Shown piece by piece: positions 39,469-49,780 of a stretch of DNA of 64,000 nucleotides. Each line of letters opens with the position of its first letter. Position 1 is the stretch's first letter. Both the position numbers and the translations under genes were made by a program. The notes beneath the pieces are model-generated. The model did not search any database, was not told the origin of the DNA, and saw only the letters and a list, made by a program, of their open reading frames with translations. Origin of the DNA: Prevotellaceae bacterium (GTDB lineage: Bacteria > Bacteroidota > Bacteroidia > Bacteroidales > Bacteroidaceae); assembly GCA_029226205.1 (NCBI GenBank), contig JAQXXT010000007.1, positions 3,921 to 67,920 of the forward strand, given 5' to 3'.

Positions 39469-40323
39469 ATGATTATGAAAAAGACTTTAAGAAAAATGCT
39501 TTGTCTTCTCGCCCTCACGGCGTCCTTCACCGCTGCGTCGGCACAGAAGACCTTCAACGAGATGGAACAGCTCACCGTCAACGAGAATGTATCCACCATC
39601 ATCACCGCCTCGGAGCCTATCCGTATGGTGGATATCTCTACGGACAGCGTGGCTGGTGACAAGCCCATCGAGAATGTCGTGCGTATCAAACCCAAGAGCG
39701 GCCATCACCATGACGGCGAGGTACTGGGCATCGTGACGATTATCACCGAGCGTTACCGTACGCAGTACGCCCTCATCTATACCCACCGTATCGAGGAGGC
39801 GGTCAGTGACAAGGAGGTGGAGCTTGTGGAACGCAACGCCTTCCATAACCCCGAGGTGAGCATGTCCACCTCCGACATGGTGGGATACGCCATGAAAGTA
39901 TGGAACTCGCCGGCGCATTACCGCAGCACGTTTACCAAGAAGGATAAGATGACCATGCGTCTGAATAACATCTATGTTGTGGGCGAGTATTTCTTCATCG
40001 ACTTCTCCGTTGAGAACAAGACGAACCTTCCGTTCGACATCGACGAGCTCCGTGTGAAGCTACAGGACAAGAAGGTTGAGAAGTCCACCAACGTGCAGAC
40101 CATCGAGCTTAAGCCCGCCCTCGTTCTCGACCGCAGCGTCCGTTTCCGTAACGGATACCGTAACGTGATTGTCCTGAAGAAGATGACGTTCCCCAATGAC
40201 AAGGTGCTCACCATCGAGCTCTCCGAGAAGCAGATCTCGGGACGCACGATCTCGCTGAACCTCGACTATGAGGATGTCCTCTCTGCGGACTCCTTCGATA
40301 CCCTCTTGCTTCATGAGAACTAA
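39469..40323 (+). CDS. traN: TraN (VirB9-like, DUF4138)
   Basis: EPIRMVDIS, LNNIY, KMTFPNDKVLTIELSEKQISGR. Confidence 0.92.
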   Translation: MIMKKTLRKMLCLLALTASFTAASAQKTFNEMEQLTVNENVSTIITASEPIRMVDISTDSVAGDKPIENVVRIKPKSGHHHDGEVLGIVTIITERYRTQYALIYTHRIEEAVSDKEVELVERNAFHNPEVSMSTSDMVGYAMKVWNSPAHYRSTFTKKDKMTMRLNNIYVVGEYFFIDFSVENKTNLPFDIDELRVKLQDKKVEKSTNVQTIELKPALVLDRSVRFRNGYRNVIVLKKMTFPNDKVLTIELSEKQISGRTISLNLDYEDVLSADSFDTLLLHEN

Positions 40324-40343
40324 CCCATTTTCGATTTCTGACT

Positions 40344-40874
40344 ATGAGTATATTCAAGATTTCAAGTAAGTCAGCTTTGGCAGCGATGGCCCTCGTGGCC
40401 GCACTGCTTTTGCCTTCGGAGGCAGCGGCCCAGTCCCATGGTGACCATGTCATGATCGGCGTGGGGGCCTCCTACCCGCAGGGATTTGAGGGGACACTGT
40501 CCTATGAGCATGAAACGGACTACCACAGCGCATGGGAGTATTTCGGTACTTATTATATCAAGTACAAGAAGGACGAGACGGTAGGACATATCACCCATGA
40601 CTCCTTCTGGAAGAACTACCGCACATGGAGCGTCGGTATCGCCTATAAGCCGTGTGTCACCCGTGGCCGCAACCATCACGGCAACGTGCGTATCGGTGTC
40701 AGCGGCGGCAGCGACTTCGGCCACGCCATCGGTACTGCCACTCTGGGCTATGAGCATACCTATAACCTCTATAACGGATGGTCCCTCTTCTGGCAAGTCA
40801 AGGAGGATGTCGTTATCCGTGGTGAGGACCGTTTCAAGACCGGCGTCACCGTAGGCGTGAAGATTCCCTTGTAA
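40344..40874 (+). CDS. traO: TraO-like outer-membrane beta-barrel protein
   Basis: Signal peptide, amphipathic beta strands, terminal GVKIPL; follows traN. Confidence 0.7.
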   Translation: MSIFKISSKSALAAMALVAALLLPSEAAAQSHGDHVMIGVGASYPQGFEGTLSYEHETDYHSAWEYFGTYYIKYKKDETVGHITHDSFWKNYRTWSVGIAYKPCVTRGRNHHGNVRIGVSGGSDFGHAIGTATLGYEHTYNLYNGWSLFWQVKEDVVIRGEDRFKTGVTVGVKIPL

Positions 40875-40898
40875 AGAACCCTAAAGAAAGAATCAGCA

Positions 40899-41612
40899 AT
40901 GATGAAATTTCATAAATTCTCCGGAACATATCGTTTGTTACGTTTTACACTGTGTACCATGTTCGCTTTCGTCGCAGGTCTGTCTCTGACAGCCTGTGAC
41001 GATCACGAGGTGGCAGATATGTCCCCGCACATCGGCTATGTCCTGTGTGACGACAACAGCTACATGGACACCACAAGCTACCTGTCTCAGGACACGAAGA
41101 AGGCCGTCGGCGTCATCTTCGCTTTGAAGACGGACGATCACCCCGTCCTTGCCGTGAACCTCAATGAGATCAGCGGCATGTTCTGCGACTCCCTCGGCCT
41201 CTCCAACGGCACGAGTGGCAGCACTGCGGCCTATGACGGACGCAGCAACACAACGGCGATGATTGCCTCCTATGACAGCAATACGGGTCACGGCTCCCCT
41301 ATCGCCATGGCTACGGAGACCTTCCACAGCGACGGCCAGAGAGAGTACATCCCCTCCGTCGCCGAGATGCGCATGCTTATCAAGGCGGCGGGGACCATCA
41401 ACCCTGTCTTGAAACGTCTCGGCGGAACGGTCATCAAGACCACGAGCGCCGGCAATGCCGACGACACATGGTACTGGACATCCACCGAGGACTCCACGAG
41501 TAACGCCAAGGCGGCGTGGCTCTGCTCCGCAGCCAACGGCGGTATCCTCTCCACATTGAAGACTGGCGTCCATAAGGCCCGGGCCGTCGTGGAAGTCAAT
41601 AATCCTGAATGA
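40899..41612 (+). CDS. Lipoprotein (DUF1566-like C-terminus)
   Basis: LTAC-DD lipobox; YIPSVAEM and WYWTSTE. Confidence 0.75.
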   Translation: MMKFHKFSGTYRLLRFTLCTMFAFVAGLSLTACDDHEVADMSPHIGYVLCDDNSYMDTTSYLSQDTKKAVGVIFALKTDDHPVLAVNLNEISGMFCDSLGLSNGTSGSTAAYDGRSNTTAMIASYDSNTGHGSPIAMATETFHSDGQREYIPSVAEMRMLIKAAGTINPVLKRLGGTVIKTTSAGNADDTWYWTSTEDSTSNAKAAWLCSAANGGILSTLKTGVHKARAVVEVNNPE

Positions 41613-41651
41613 GCTAACGTTATTATGTGATACTAAAAATCTTATGTTATT

Positions 41652-43862
41652 ATGTCAGTATGGAGTTCGGGATTGAAAGCTCTTAAGGAGCTTGCCAAGC
41701 CGGAAACAATGAGATCAGCGGCTAAGGCTGCAAAGGAAGTGTTTAAGGGCGCAAAGGAAAGCCGTGGCATCCTTCGGGAAGTTGCGGAACGGGCTAAGAA
41801 TGCCAAGCCCATAGTTGAAGACACCGCTAAGAATATCGGTAAGCACGGTAAAGAGGCGGGAAAGGCTGCGGGAAAGGCCGCCGAGGAGACCGTTAAGTCC
41901 GGAAAGAGAGTCGTCGGCGCCGCTATGGGTAAAGGCGGGAAGGTGCGTTTGGTTACGGAAGACGTGGCAGAACGCTTTTACAGATCAAAATTAAGTGTAG
42001 AAAAAGTAAAAGAATTTTATGGAGTAGGCTCTGGGAAAGCTAAACAATTTTTACGTATAGATCCAGCCTCTGGTATCTACTCGGACATTTTCGGGAAAAA
42101 TCCATTACGTGTCTCCCGTCAGCTCCAATTCCGTGCGTTCCTTGGACAGTATCGTCAGATGATGAACGCTTTCTTCAAGGAGTTCTTCGGCGTTGTTCCG
42201 AAAACATTCAGGGCAGCACAAGAGGCAGCCGCTCCTGCAGCAAAAAAAGCAGCAGAGGATCTTGCCAAAGGATGGAAGAATATTGCCGGTAAGGACCTTA
42301 AGGTCGGTGACAAGATTCGTCTTTTGGATAAGAATGGCAATTTCATCAAGGGAACCGAGGTGGAAATCAGAGGTATCAAGGACGGTAAGCTGTTGGTTGA
42401 GGATGCCGCAAAGGGTAGGTTCTTTGAATTCAGGCCAACTGAAAAGATGAACTTCCAGCGATTCATGAAATCCGCAGAAAAAGCGGCTGAAGAGGGCACT
42501 AATAGTATTGCCAAGACATGGAAGGATGTTGCCAGTAAGGACCTCAAGGTCGGTGACAAGATTCGTCTTATGGATGACAGCGGCAATTTCATCAAGGGTA
42601 CCGAGTTGGAAATCCGAGGTATCAAGGACGGCAAACTGTTGGTCGAGGACGCCGCTAAGAAAGGCAAGTTCGCCGAGATCATGCCGACTGAGAAAATGAA
42701 CTTCCAACGTCTGGAGAAAGCCGCCGAGGAAACTGCCAAGGATGGCAAGAAGGCTGCTGAGGAGATGGTAGGAAACGGCGAATATCAAATCGCCAAGAAG
42801 TTCTACGACAAGATGACTCCGCAGCAGCGAAAGACGTTTGATTATCTCAACGCCTCCCTTAAACGACTCGGCGAGAGACAGCAGCGTATCATCAAGGCGC
42901 AGGAGGATCTTGCCAAGAGTGGCATGAAGGACGGCAAGCGTTTGCGTCTCAACGAGATGTTTGAAAACAAACTTGACAAGATCGAGGAGGAGATCGCCAA
43001 GAAGTCAAGTAAGATGGATGACCTTATGGGACAGGCCCAGAAAGGAAACCTCCGCAAGTTTGCCGAGCATATAAATGCCATGGGTCCAAAGAAACTTGCC
43101 GGTTGGGCGGGTGTCATGTACGGCGCAGCATCACTCGGTTATGGAGCGTTAAACCCTGACAAGGGCGCACTGCATCCTACTATGAGAATTCTGTTTGGAA
43201 ATAACGGCCTCGTTGGTTCTGGCTCTGAAGTCCTTACAGGCCAGAATGTCAGCACAAAGCAGATGGCCCAAGCAGTAGGTCAAGCCGCAGGTCAGGCTGA
43301 AAGTTATGTGGCAGGCAAGCTTGGACAGGCAGGACAGACCACAGAGGAGGCCGCAAAGAAGGCCGCACTTTATGCAGCTGAAAAAGGAGAGCTACTGAAA
43401 GAGAATATTAGAAACGCATGGGCAGCGTCTACTTCTGCCAATGGCTATTCGGGGAATGGAATGGTAGACCCGGGTTCCGGAGACTATGGTGACCCTACGA
43501 CGCAGGGATATCCCTCATACGGATACCAGAACGGCAATCCTACAATGGCAGGAGGAGCAAATCAGTTTGTCACAGCTGCTGCGGATAAATTCACTGCCGG
43601 ATCTAAGGTTGATTTATTCTCGTCTCTGATGTCTGCCTTTATGTTATTTTCACCGGGAGGATGGCTCAAAAAAGCAGCCGGCTTTGCTCTTGGCGGTGTA
43701 ACGGCCTCCAATGTCCAGCAGCGCAAGAACGCACAGGCACAGGAGTACGCCCGACAGCAGGCCGCTGCACAGCAGTCTCAGCAGACATACTCGCAGTCCG
43801 GTCAGCTTCCACAGATGCAGGACTCCTCACACACTCAGGAGGTTACCTATCGTGCCCGCTAG
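41652..43862 (+). CDS. Large basic tra-linked protein with internal tandem domain duplication
   Basis: Two ~65-aa WK....KDLKVGDKIRL repeats; C-terminal hydrophobic hairpin. Confidence 0.75.
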   Translation: MSVWSSGLKALKELAKPETMRSAAKAAKEVFKGAKESRGILREVAERAKNAKPIVEDTAKNIGKHGKEAGKAAGKAAEETVKSGKRVVGAAMGKGGKVRLVTEDVAERFYRSKLSVEKVKEFYGVGSGKAKQFLRIDPASGIYSDIFGKNPLRVSRQLQFRAFLGQYRQMMNAFFKEFFGVVPKTFRAAQEAAAPAAKKAAEDLAKGWKNIAGKDLKVGDKIRLLDKNGNFIKGTEVEIRGIKDGKLLVEDAAKGRFFEFRPTEKMNFQRFMKSAEKAAEEGTNSIAKTWKDVASKDLKVGDKIRLMDDSGNFIKGTELEIRGIKDGKLLVEDAAKKGKFAEIMPTEKMNFQRLEKAAEETAKDGKKAAEEMVGNGEYQIAKKFYDKMTPQQRKTFDYLNASLKRLGERQQRIIKAQEDLAKSGMKDGKRLRLNEMFENKLDKIEEEIAKKSSKMDDLMGQAQKGNLRKFAEHINAMGPKKLAGWAGVMYGAASLGYGALNPDKGALHPTMRILFGNNGLVGSGSEVLTGQNVSTKQMAQAVGQAAGQAESYVAGKLGQAGQTTEEAAKKAALYAAEKGELLKENIRNAWAASTSANGYSGNGMVDPGSGDYGDPTTQGYPSYGYQNGNPTMAGGANQFVTAAADKFTAGSKVDLFSSLMSAFMLFSPGGWLKKAAGFALGGVTASNVQQRKNAQAQEYARQQAAAQQSQQTYSQSGQLPQMQDSSHTQEVTYRAR

Positions 43863-43897
43863 AGAATCAATTATGGTAATATATTATTGTTGAAAAA

Positions 43898-44752
43898 ATG
43901 GATCAGAAAAAGAAAAAGTACAACTACAAAGACATGATGCTTGAGTCAGCGAACGGCTATATGATGCCGTTCGCCCTCGGCGATGAGGAGGAGTTACAGG
44001 AAACCCTCGGTTACGGACAGCAGACGCACCCGCAGACAGGGCAGCCGTTCTTTCACCATGGTGTCGACTATGCCGTGAACGGTAAGGATCTCTATGCCCT
44101 TGCCGACGGGCTTGTCATCGGCGCCGGTAATGACTCCATCCACGAGAACTATATCATCACCAAATACGGCAAGTATGAGGTTACATACGGTCATGTAGCG
44201 GAGGCATATACCCCTTACGGCACGCCCGTGAAGCCCGGACAGGTCATCGCCAAGGCAGGAAACTTCCTCCATCTCGGTGTACGTTTCGACGGTCAGGACC
44301 TTGACCCGCAGGAGCTTCTGGCCGTTGTCTGGGCGAATATACAGCAGCTCGCCGCCATGGGTATCCAGCAGGACCCGAAAGACAAGCTCTTCGACGGCAA
44401 GGAGGTGAAGACAAAGTATGACGCTGATGCCAACGAAATCATGCTCATGATGCTTCGCTTTCTCCCCGTCTATCTCAACGAGATTCGCACAGGTGAGTAT
44501 GTCCCCTCCCGTCATACCGAGGATGATCTCCGTGACATCTATACCAGTGCCTCGGCAAAGAACTATTATTACGAGACTATCCCGACACTGAGCAATCCAC
44601 TCGGCATGACTTCCCGTGCCTTGCCGCTCATCGAGAAAGTGCAGAACCTGCTCATCGGGGACTTCCTGAACTATATGGCTCTCCGCCATGGACGTTATGT
44701 CTCCACATGGAGTGAGGATCAAAAAAAAAACTTCCTGATGACGCAACAGTAG
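43898..44752 (+). CDS. M23 family peptidase
   Basis: HHGVDY (HxxxD), YGHV, FLHLGV. Confidence 0.85.
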   Translation: MDQKKKKYNYKDMMLESANGYMMPFALGDEEELQETLGYGQQTHPQTGQPFFHHGVDYAVNGKDLYALADGLVIGAGNDSIHENYIITKYGKYEVTYGHVAEAYTPYGTPVKPGQVIAKAGNFLHLGVRFDGQDLDPQELLAVVWANIQQLAAMGIQQDPKDKLFDGKEVKTKYDADANEIMLMMLRFLPVYLNEIRTGEYVPSRHTEDDLRDIYTSASAKNYYYETIPTLSNPLGMTSRALPLIEKVQNLLIGDFLNYMALRHGRYVSTWSEDQKKNFLMTQQ

Positions 44753-44757
44753 CGGCT

Positions 44758-45045
44758 ATGACCGTCGATCCGCTTGCCGATATCCACATGACGGTGGAGA
44801 ATTTCGACGTGGAACGTACGGCTACGGCATACTATAACAACCTCGGTACGATGGCATGGACCACGGCCTATTTTAACGGCCGGGAGAAAGCGGAACCGGC
44901 AGTACAGGTCCCCGTTCCCATGGTCCTGAAACTTTTACAGGGTATTATCTCCCGTGACGAGTGGCTGTCCCGCTTTTTCCCCAAGCAGATGGCAGCTTAT
45001 CACAAGGCTATCGAGGAGTCAAGACGAATGTTGTTGGGGATGTAA
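44758..45045 (+). CDS. Hypothetical protein, probably the -1-frame extension of the M23 peptidase
   Basis: Frame open from 44716, across the A10 tract. Confidence 0.65.
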   Translation: MTVDPLADIHMTVENFDVERTATAYYNNLGTMAWTTAYFNGREKAEPAVQVPVPMVLKLLQGIISRDEWLSRFFPKQMAAYHKAIEESRRMLLGM

Positions 45046-45061
45046 CTAAAACTCATACACT

Positions 45062-47212
45062 ATGTCAGAAGCAACAAATCCAAAATACGGGTATCTACCA
45101 CAGATAGATGCCTGTATTCAGCAATATTATAACAAGTATCTCAGACCGGCGATTATCAAGGAGGTGGATGAGGTAAACAAGAAGAAGAGCCAAGAATATC
45201 TTAAATACAAAAAACAAACTAGTTCTGTGATTAGTGGTCTTGGCGCTGAAATTGCGTCTCCCGGGTCTCAGGTGGACATTCAGGATTACAACGCAATGTC
45301 CAAAGCTATGGACGAAGGCACATGGAATAAAAAAACAACTGAATCCATTGTCAAAAATGTTCATCAGCGTTGGAGTAAAAGCAAACAAACTGGTGCCGAT
45401 CTTAGAATGCTCAAGAATGAACTTCACAAGGAGCTTATTCGCCAGTGTGGCGGCAAGGATTCCAAAGAAATAAGAGAGCTTACTGAAAAGTATTGGAAAC
45501 ATCGGATGTATACGCTCTCTGTCAATGCCTTAGCTTCAAGGAAAGCTCCTCATAATTATATTGATTATATGGTCAGAGAATTATTAGGCACTGGCACAGA
45601 TGTAAATACAACAATAGTAGGAGGGTTATTAAGCGCCAAAAATAATAACTTTATAACATCAAAAGGAATGGTTAAAGTTACAAGTGAATATGATGATGAC
45701 GTTAATAAATCTTCTGTATACGATTATTATAAGCCAAACGCTGCTGAAAAAATTTCAGCAACCGCAGCTTCCGCAGTAATAGATTATTATACATTACGGA
45801 GCTTAGGCGGACTTGGCAAAGTAGGTAAGTTTATAGGTGGGAAATATGGTAAAGCAAGTGCAGCTGTAGATTTAGGAGCTCGAGGATTTGTGTATTGTAA
45901 ATTCGACAAACCTGAATGGGAGAACAAGAAATACAATAAGGATAATTCAAAATTATATTTCGGTAATGAGAACGCAATTAAAGAAATTACGCTCCGCAGT
46001 AATTACTGGAACCATCATGGAACAGAGTTTATCTCACACATTAATGATAAACTGAGCAAGAATCATAAGATTAAAGTTCATCAATACAATTTCCATGAGA
46101 CGGTACGGGCCAATTCTAATTACTTGCTCCGCAACATGCGTGGCAACTCCGTCCGGCTGATGAAATCCATTCAGAAGGATTTGTCGCAAAGGGCTTTGGA
46201 TGTTAAGAATACCAAGGTGCCTGCGTGGATGTTCGCCAAGACTGCCAAGCAATGCCGTGCCTTCGCAGCCTCATTCCATGCTATAGCGGTTGAGATGTCC
46301 CGTTCACGCCAAGAGATATGGGGACCTAAGAATGCGAAATTAAGATTGATACAAGTTGCCCAGAGATCCTATGACTATGCCCGTGCGGCTGTCATGATTG
46401 ACGAGGCAAATGCCAAGGCAAGACTTGAGCAGGCAGAGAAGCAGCGTGCAGCAAGGGAACGTGTAGCCGAGCGACGAGCTAACCGGGAAAGCAGAGCCGA
46501 GAATCAGCGACATTCTCCTACGCAGCAATCACAAGGACAGTCATCTACGAATACTCAACAACCTCAGAGTTCCGGGACTCCATCCTCTTCAAACGGACAA
46601 GCCACAGACCAAACCGACAATATGAGTAATCAGCAGCAGTTAGGAGGGTGGAACAACGCATTGGATGCCATGGGGCTCGGTGATTTCGGGACCACGGGAA
46701 AAAATCTCGGTTATGTCCTCGCAACCCTGCCCGACATGCTCATTGCTATGATGACCGGCAAGACAAGCCAGTTCAAACTGGAGAATAACATGCTCCCACT
46801 AGCCGCCATTCTCATGGGTATGTTCACTAAGAATAAGTTCATGAAGCTCATGCTTATGGGATTGGGCGGCGCAGGACTGTTGAACAGCGCAGGTCATGAG
46901 GCGTTATCAGATAAGGATAGGGAGGCTCTGAAAAAGAAGAATTTCAAGACTTATTCCGACGAACCTCTTAATCCCCGTATCAAGAACCCCGAGATAAAAG
47001 GCAGGTCCCTTGTAGCAAACATTGACGGACGGCCACTTGTAATCACCATCAACAGTGACGAGCCCCTGTACTGCTACGAGAAGGGAATTCTTCCTTTAAA
47101 CGTTCTCGCCAACTCCATTCTCCAGAAGTACGACGAGATGCAGAATGCCGCTTCCATCAGCTATGAGCAGCGAATACAGGCGGAACAAAGTCGGAACATA
47201 GGCATCAAGTAG
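45062..47212 (+). CDS. Large hypothetical protein, last gene of the tra-oriented block
   Basis: 716-aa ORF; C-terminal GILPLNVLANSILQKYD. Confidence 0.75.
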   Translation: MSEATNPKYGYLPQIDACIQQYYNKYLRPAIIKEVDEVNKKKSQEYLKYKKQTSSVISGLGAEIASPGSQVDIQDYNAMSKAMDEGTWNKKTTESIVKNVHQRWSKSKQTGADLRMLKNELHKELIRQCGGKDSKEIRELTEKYWKHRMYTLSVNALASRKAPHNYIDYMVRELLGTGTDVNTTIVGGLLSAKNNNFITSKGMVKVTSEYDDDVNKSSVYDYYKPNAAEKISATAASAVIDYYTLRSLGGLGKVGKFIGGKYGKASAAVDLGARGFVYCKFDKPEWENKKYNKDNSKLYFGNENAIKEITLRSNYWNHHGTEFISHINDKLSKNHKIKVHQYNFHETVRANSNYLLRNMRGNSVRLMKSIQKDLSQRALDVKNTKVPAWMFAKTAKQCRAFAASFHAIAVEMSRSRQEIWGPKNAKLRLIQVAQRSYDYARAAVMIDEANAKARLEQAEKQRAARERVAERRANRESRAENQRHSPTQQSQGQSSTNTQQPQSSGTPSSSNGQATDQTDNMSNQQQLGGWNNALDAMGLGDFGTTGKNLGYVLATLPDMLIAMMTGKTSQFKLENNMLPLAAILMGMFTKNKFMKLMLMGLGGAGLLNSAGHEALSDKDREALKKKNFKTYSDEPLNPRIKNPEIKGRSLVANIDGRPLVITINSDEPLYCYEKGILPLNVLANSILQKYDEMQNAASISYEQRIQAEQSRNIGIK

Positions 47213-47247
47213 ACACCCCTATTTCAACATATATATTACTTATTATC

Positions 47248-47285
47248 GGCCCCACTGGTTATGCTTGTCATAATCGGTGGGGCTA
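47248..47285. terminator. Hairpin between convergent transcription units
   Basis: ggccccactggttatg..cataatcggtggggct. Confidence 0.6.
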
Positions 47286-47294
47286 TTAGTCTCT

Positions 47295-47519
47295 TTATTT
47301 ATTTCTTACGAGCTTTGCCTTCTCATGTCTTTCGAAGTATTCAAGGATCTCAACCAAACCTTCCAAATTATTACCCTCAGAAGGCATTACAAAGTGATTA
47401 TCTTTTACTAATGTAAAAGACTTGTTTCCCGGGAACCATTCGTCTACACGAAGCCAAAACCCATACATGTTCAAGTAGGATTGAACTTTGTTAAGATCAG
47501 ATATGCTATTTACCTTCAT
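47295..47519 (-). CDS. Hypothetical protein (cassette array)
   Basis: Preceded by the hairpin leader and a promoter repeat. Confidence 0.7.
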   Translation of the reverse strand: MKVNSISDLNKVQSYLNMYGFWLRVDEWFPGNKSFTLVKDNHFVMPSEGNNLEGLVEILEYFERHEKAKLVRNK

Positions 47520-47800
47520 ACACTCAATGTTTAAATTGTGGGGAGTCGGTTAGGCCCTCCGTTTCCTTTTATCTATTGCAAAGGTACAACAATTATCTGT
47601 AACTGCAAAACGTTTGATGTTAATTACATATAAACGTAATGTTAAAGAATATTACAGATAAATATAACCCCTACAACTGGGATCACTGGGTAATCTATCA
47701 GCTACAAAACAACTTCAAACCTTTAACTTTACAACCGAAAAATCCGCACTACCCTTACGGACGGTACGGATCAATAACAACCTATACATTTTACTTGTAA

Positions 47801-48100
47801 TTAAATTTCAACGAATTTGATACCTACATGTCTATCTAAACATGTAGCGTCAACTATGTCTCCTTGCATGAGATTATTGATATTATCCATATAGGGGTCA
47901 GTTGGAACAATTCGTAACCCACCATCCGCCATAATTACATACCTCTCATTCTGCTCATCACCTTCACAATCTATAAAGAAGAAATCGATTTTTACATCTT
48001 GATATTTATCCAAAATTATGTCCCCGTCATGGCCTTCTTTATAGACACGAATGAACCTGCCTTTTAATCTGACATTATAATATTCTTCCTCGTTATACAT
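47801..48100 (-). CDS. Acidic hypothetical protein (cassette array)
   Basis: ORF track; perfect GC-rich hairpin upstream at 48115-48146. Confidence 0.7.
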   Translation of the reverse strand: MYNEEEYYNVRLKGRFIRVYKEGHDGDIILDKYQDVKIDFFFIDCEGDEQNERYVIMADGGLRIVPTDPYMDNINNLMQGDIVDATCLDRHVGIKFVEI

Positions 48101-48149
48101 ATAACATCGCTTTGTTTTCCTGCCCCTAGGATAGGGGCAGGAAAATCAT

Positions 48150-48479
48150 TTACCAATAAAGTTTTTTATCATCAACCTTGAAACTCACCTTACGTCTGCC
48201 ATAGCACTCCGTCTCATACATAATAGAATCGTCGGTATCTATATCATCATCGAAATAGAGTTTGATACGACTACCCTTTGCTGACTTGAGTAGTTGCAAG
48301 AGATAGGCGCAAGCCTTTGGAAGATAGCAGAGATAAGTCTTGTCCCCACTCTCGTCATAATATCCTCGTTTACCGAAGAGACGTACCCGATAGAGATCTT
48401 TTTGCTGAATCTTAAACGAGAATCGTTCAAGAAGATACTTCTTCAGCTCCACAAACTCAGTACAAATTTGTTCTGTCAT
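48150..48479 (-). CDS. Hypothetical protein (cassette array)
   Basis: Preceded by the hairpin leader. Confidence 0.7.
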   Translation of the reverse strand: MTEQICTEFVELKKYLLERFSFKIQQKDLYRVRLFGKRGYYDESGDKTYLCYLPKACAYLLQLLKSAKGSRIKLYFDDDIDTDDSIMYETECYGRRKVSFKVDDKKLYW

Positions 48480-48550
48480 ACACTGAATGTTTAAATGTTA
48501 TGGAGAGCTGGTTAGGCTCTCCGTTTCCTTTATATACTACACTTAGAATG

Positions 48551-49048
48551 TTATCCAATATCCACTATTACAGGTTCTCCATTAACTCTAACCTTTACAC
48601 AGGCAAACTCCATAGATCCATAGTCACTTGACCCTTCATCTTGAATCAATACCCCTTCTTCGTCAGATATTGATTCTGTGTTGACATCGGAAAGGTTAAA
48701 TTCATAATAATCATTATTATACTTAACCATACCATTATAATCTGCAAGCGCCTCCTCTTTGCTTAACGCACACCCGTGAATATAACAACCCGCTCCTTTA
48801 CGATCCAACACATTAGCAACTGTTACATACACATACTCTACACGTTCTGGAATAGAAAGAATCTCCTTATCCAAGCCGCTCTCTTCACCGCTTTCTCCTT
48901 TATCATAACGCTCATTAGCTTCATCCACTTCTTTTACAATCTTTGAAAAAAGATTGTCTGCCTCCTCTCTGTTATCCAAAGCCATGATTTTTAAAATTTC
49001 TCCATCATGGTTAAGGCACACACCATGTAAGAAAATTTGTATATCCAT
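48551..49048 (-). CDS. Strongly acidic hypothetical protein (cassette array)
   Basis: About 36 D/E vs 14 K/R by hand count. Confidence 0.75.
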   Translation of the reverse strand: MDIQIFLHGVCLNHDGEILKIMALDNREEADNLFSKIVKEVDEANERYDKGESGEESGLDKEILSIPERVEYVYVTVANVLDRKGAGCYIHGCALSKEEALADYNGMVKYNNDYYEFNLSDVNTESISDEEGVLIQDEGSSDYGSMEFACVKVRVNGEPVIVDIG

Positions 49049-49263
49049 AATCTACAATATTTAAATGTTGTGGAGGGTTGGTTAGACCCTCCGTTTCCTT
49101 TATCTATTGCAAAGGTACAACAATTATCTGTAATTGCAAAAACATTTAGTGTTAATTACATATAAATGTAATGTTAAAGAAAATTACAGATAAATGTATC
49201 TTCTGCAACTGGAATCCCCGTGCAGCCATCGATGCCCCAACCCATCTTCAAGTCTTCAATTTG

Positions 49264-49367
49264 ATGTTGTAGCGTTATGACATCCTAACATCATAACGCA
49301 ATAACATTACAACATCAATATGTTATAATGTCAGAACGCTATAACATCATAGTGTTCAGACGCCAAA
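49264..49367. repeat. Phased array of 13 degenerate 8-bp units
   Basis: atgttgta gcgttatg acatccta acatcata acgcaata acattaca acatcaat atgttata atgtcaga acgctata acatcata gtgttcag acgccaaa. Confidence 0.8.
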
Positions 49368-49420
49368 AGGGCAGCCACCACGGCTGCCCCCCAAAGGAAA
49401 CTTATCTAAACATCTAGTAT

Positions 49421-49711
49421 TTATGAATCACGAAAAATCACTGTCTTATATAACTGGAAAATCTCCTCAACAATGAGTTTATTGACAAGGCTGTCCTTGT
49501 ATGTAGGGATAATCGCACCATCATCATAAATGTATGCCACAGTTGTCCCATTCTCATCATCCATCCCGAATACGTCTATGCACCACGCCTGCTCCTCTGT
49601 ATCGTAATAGTCTGACCGTATTTCTGTAACCTCAAAAGGTATGGGCAAATTAATCGTCTCAAAATAAAGAAGTGTGTTCCGCACAGATCTCGGATATATC
49701 TTCTTTTCCAT
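49421..49711 (-). CDS. Acidic hypothetical protein (cassette array)
   Basis: Preceded by the hairpin leader; terminator at ~49365-49392. Confidence 0.7.
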   Translation of the reverse strand: MEKKIYPRSVRNTLLYFETINLPIPFEVTEIRSDYYDTEEQAWCIDVFGMDDENGTTVAYIYDDGAIIPTYKDSLVNKLIVEEIFQLYKTVIFRDS

Positions 49712-49780
49712 ATCTTCCAGAATTATGAGGGAGTGGTTAGCTCCCCCGTTACCTTCTATTCAAGAATACAACTTGTCGGG

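Noticed and set aside
47212-47295. oriT
   Set aside because: Position would fit, but I recognise no nic consensus; the hairpin is adequately explained as a terminator between convergent genes
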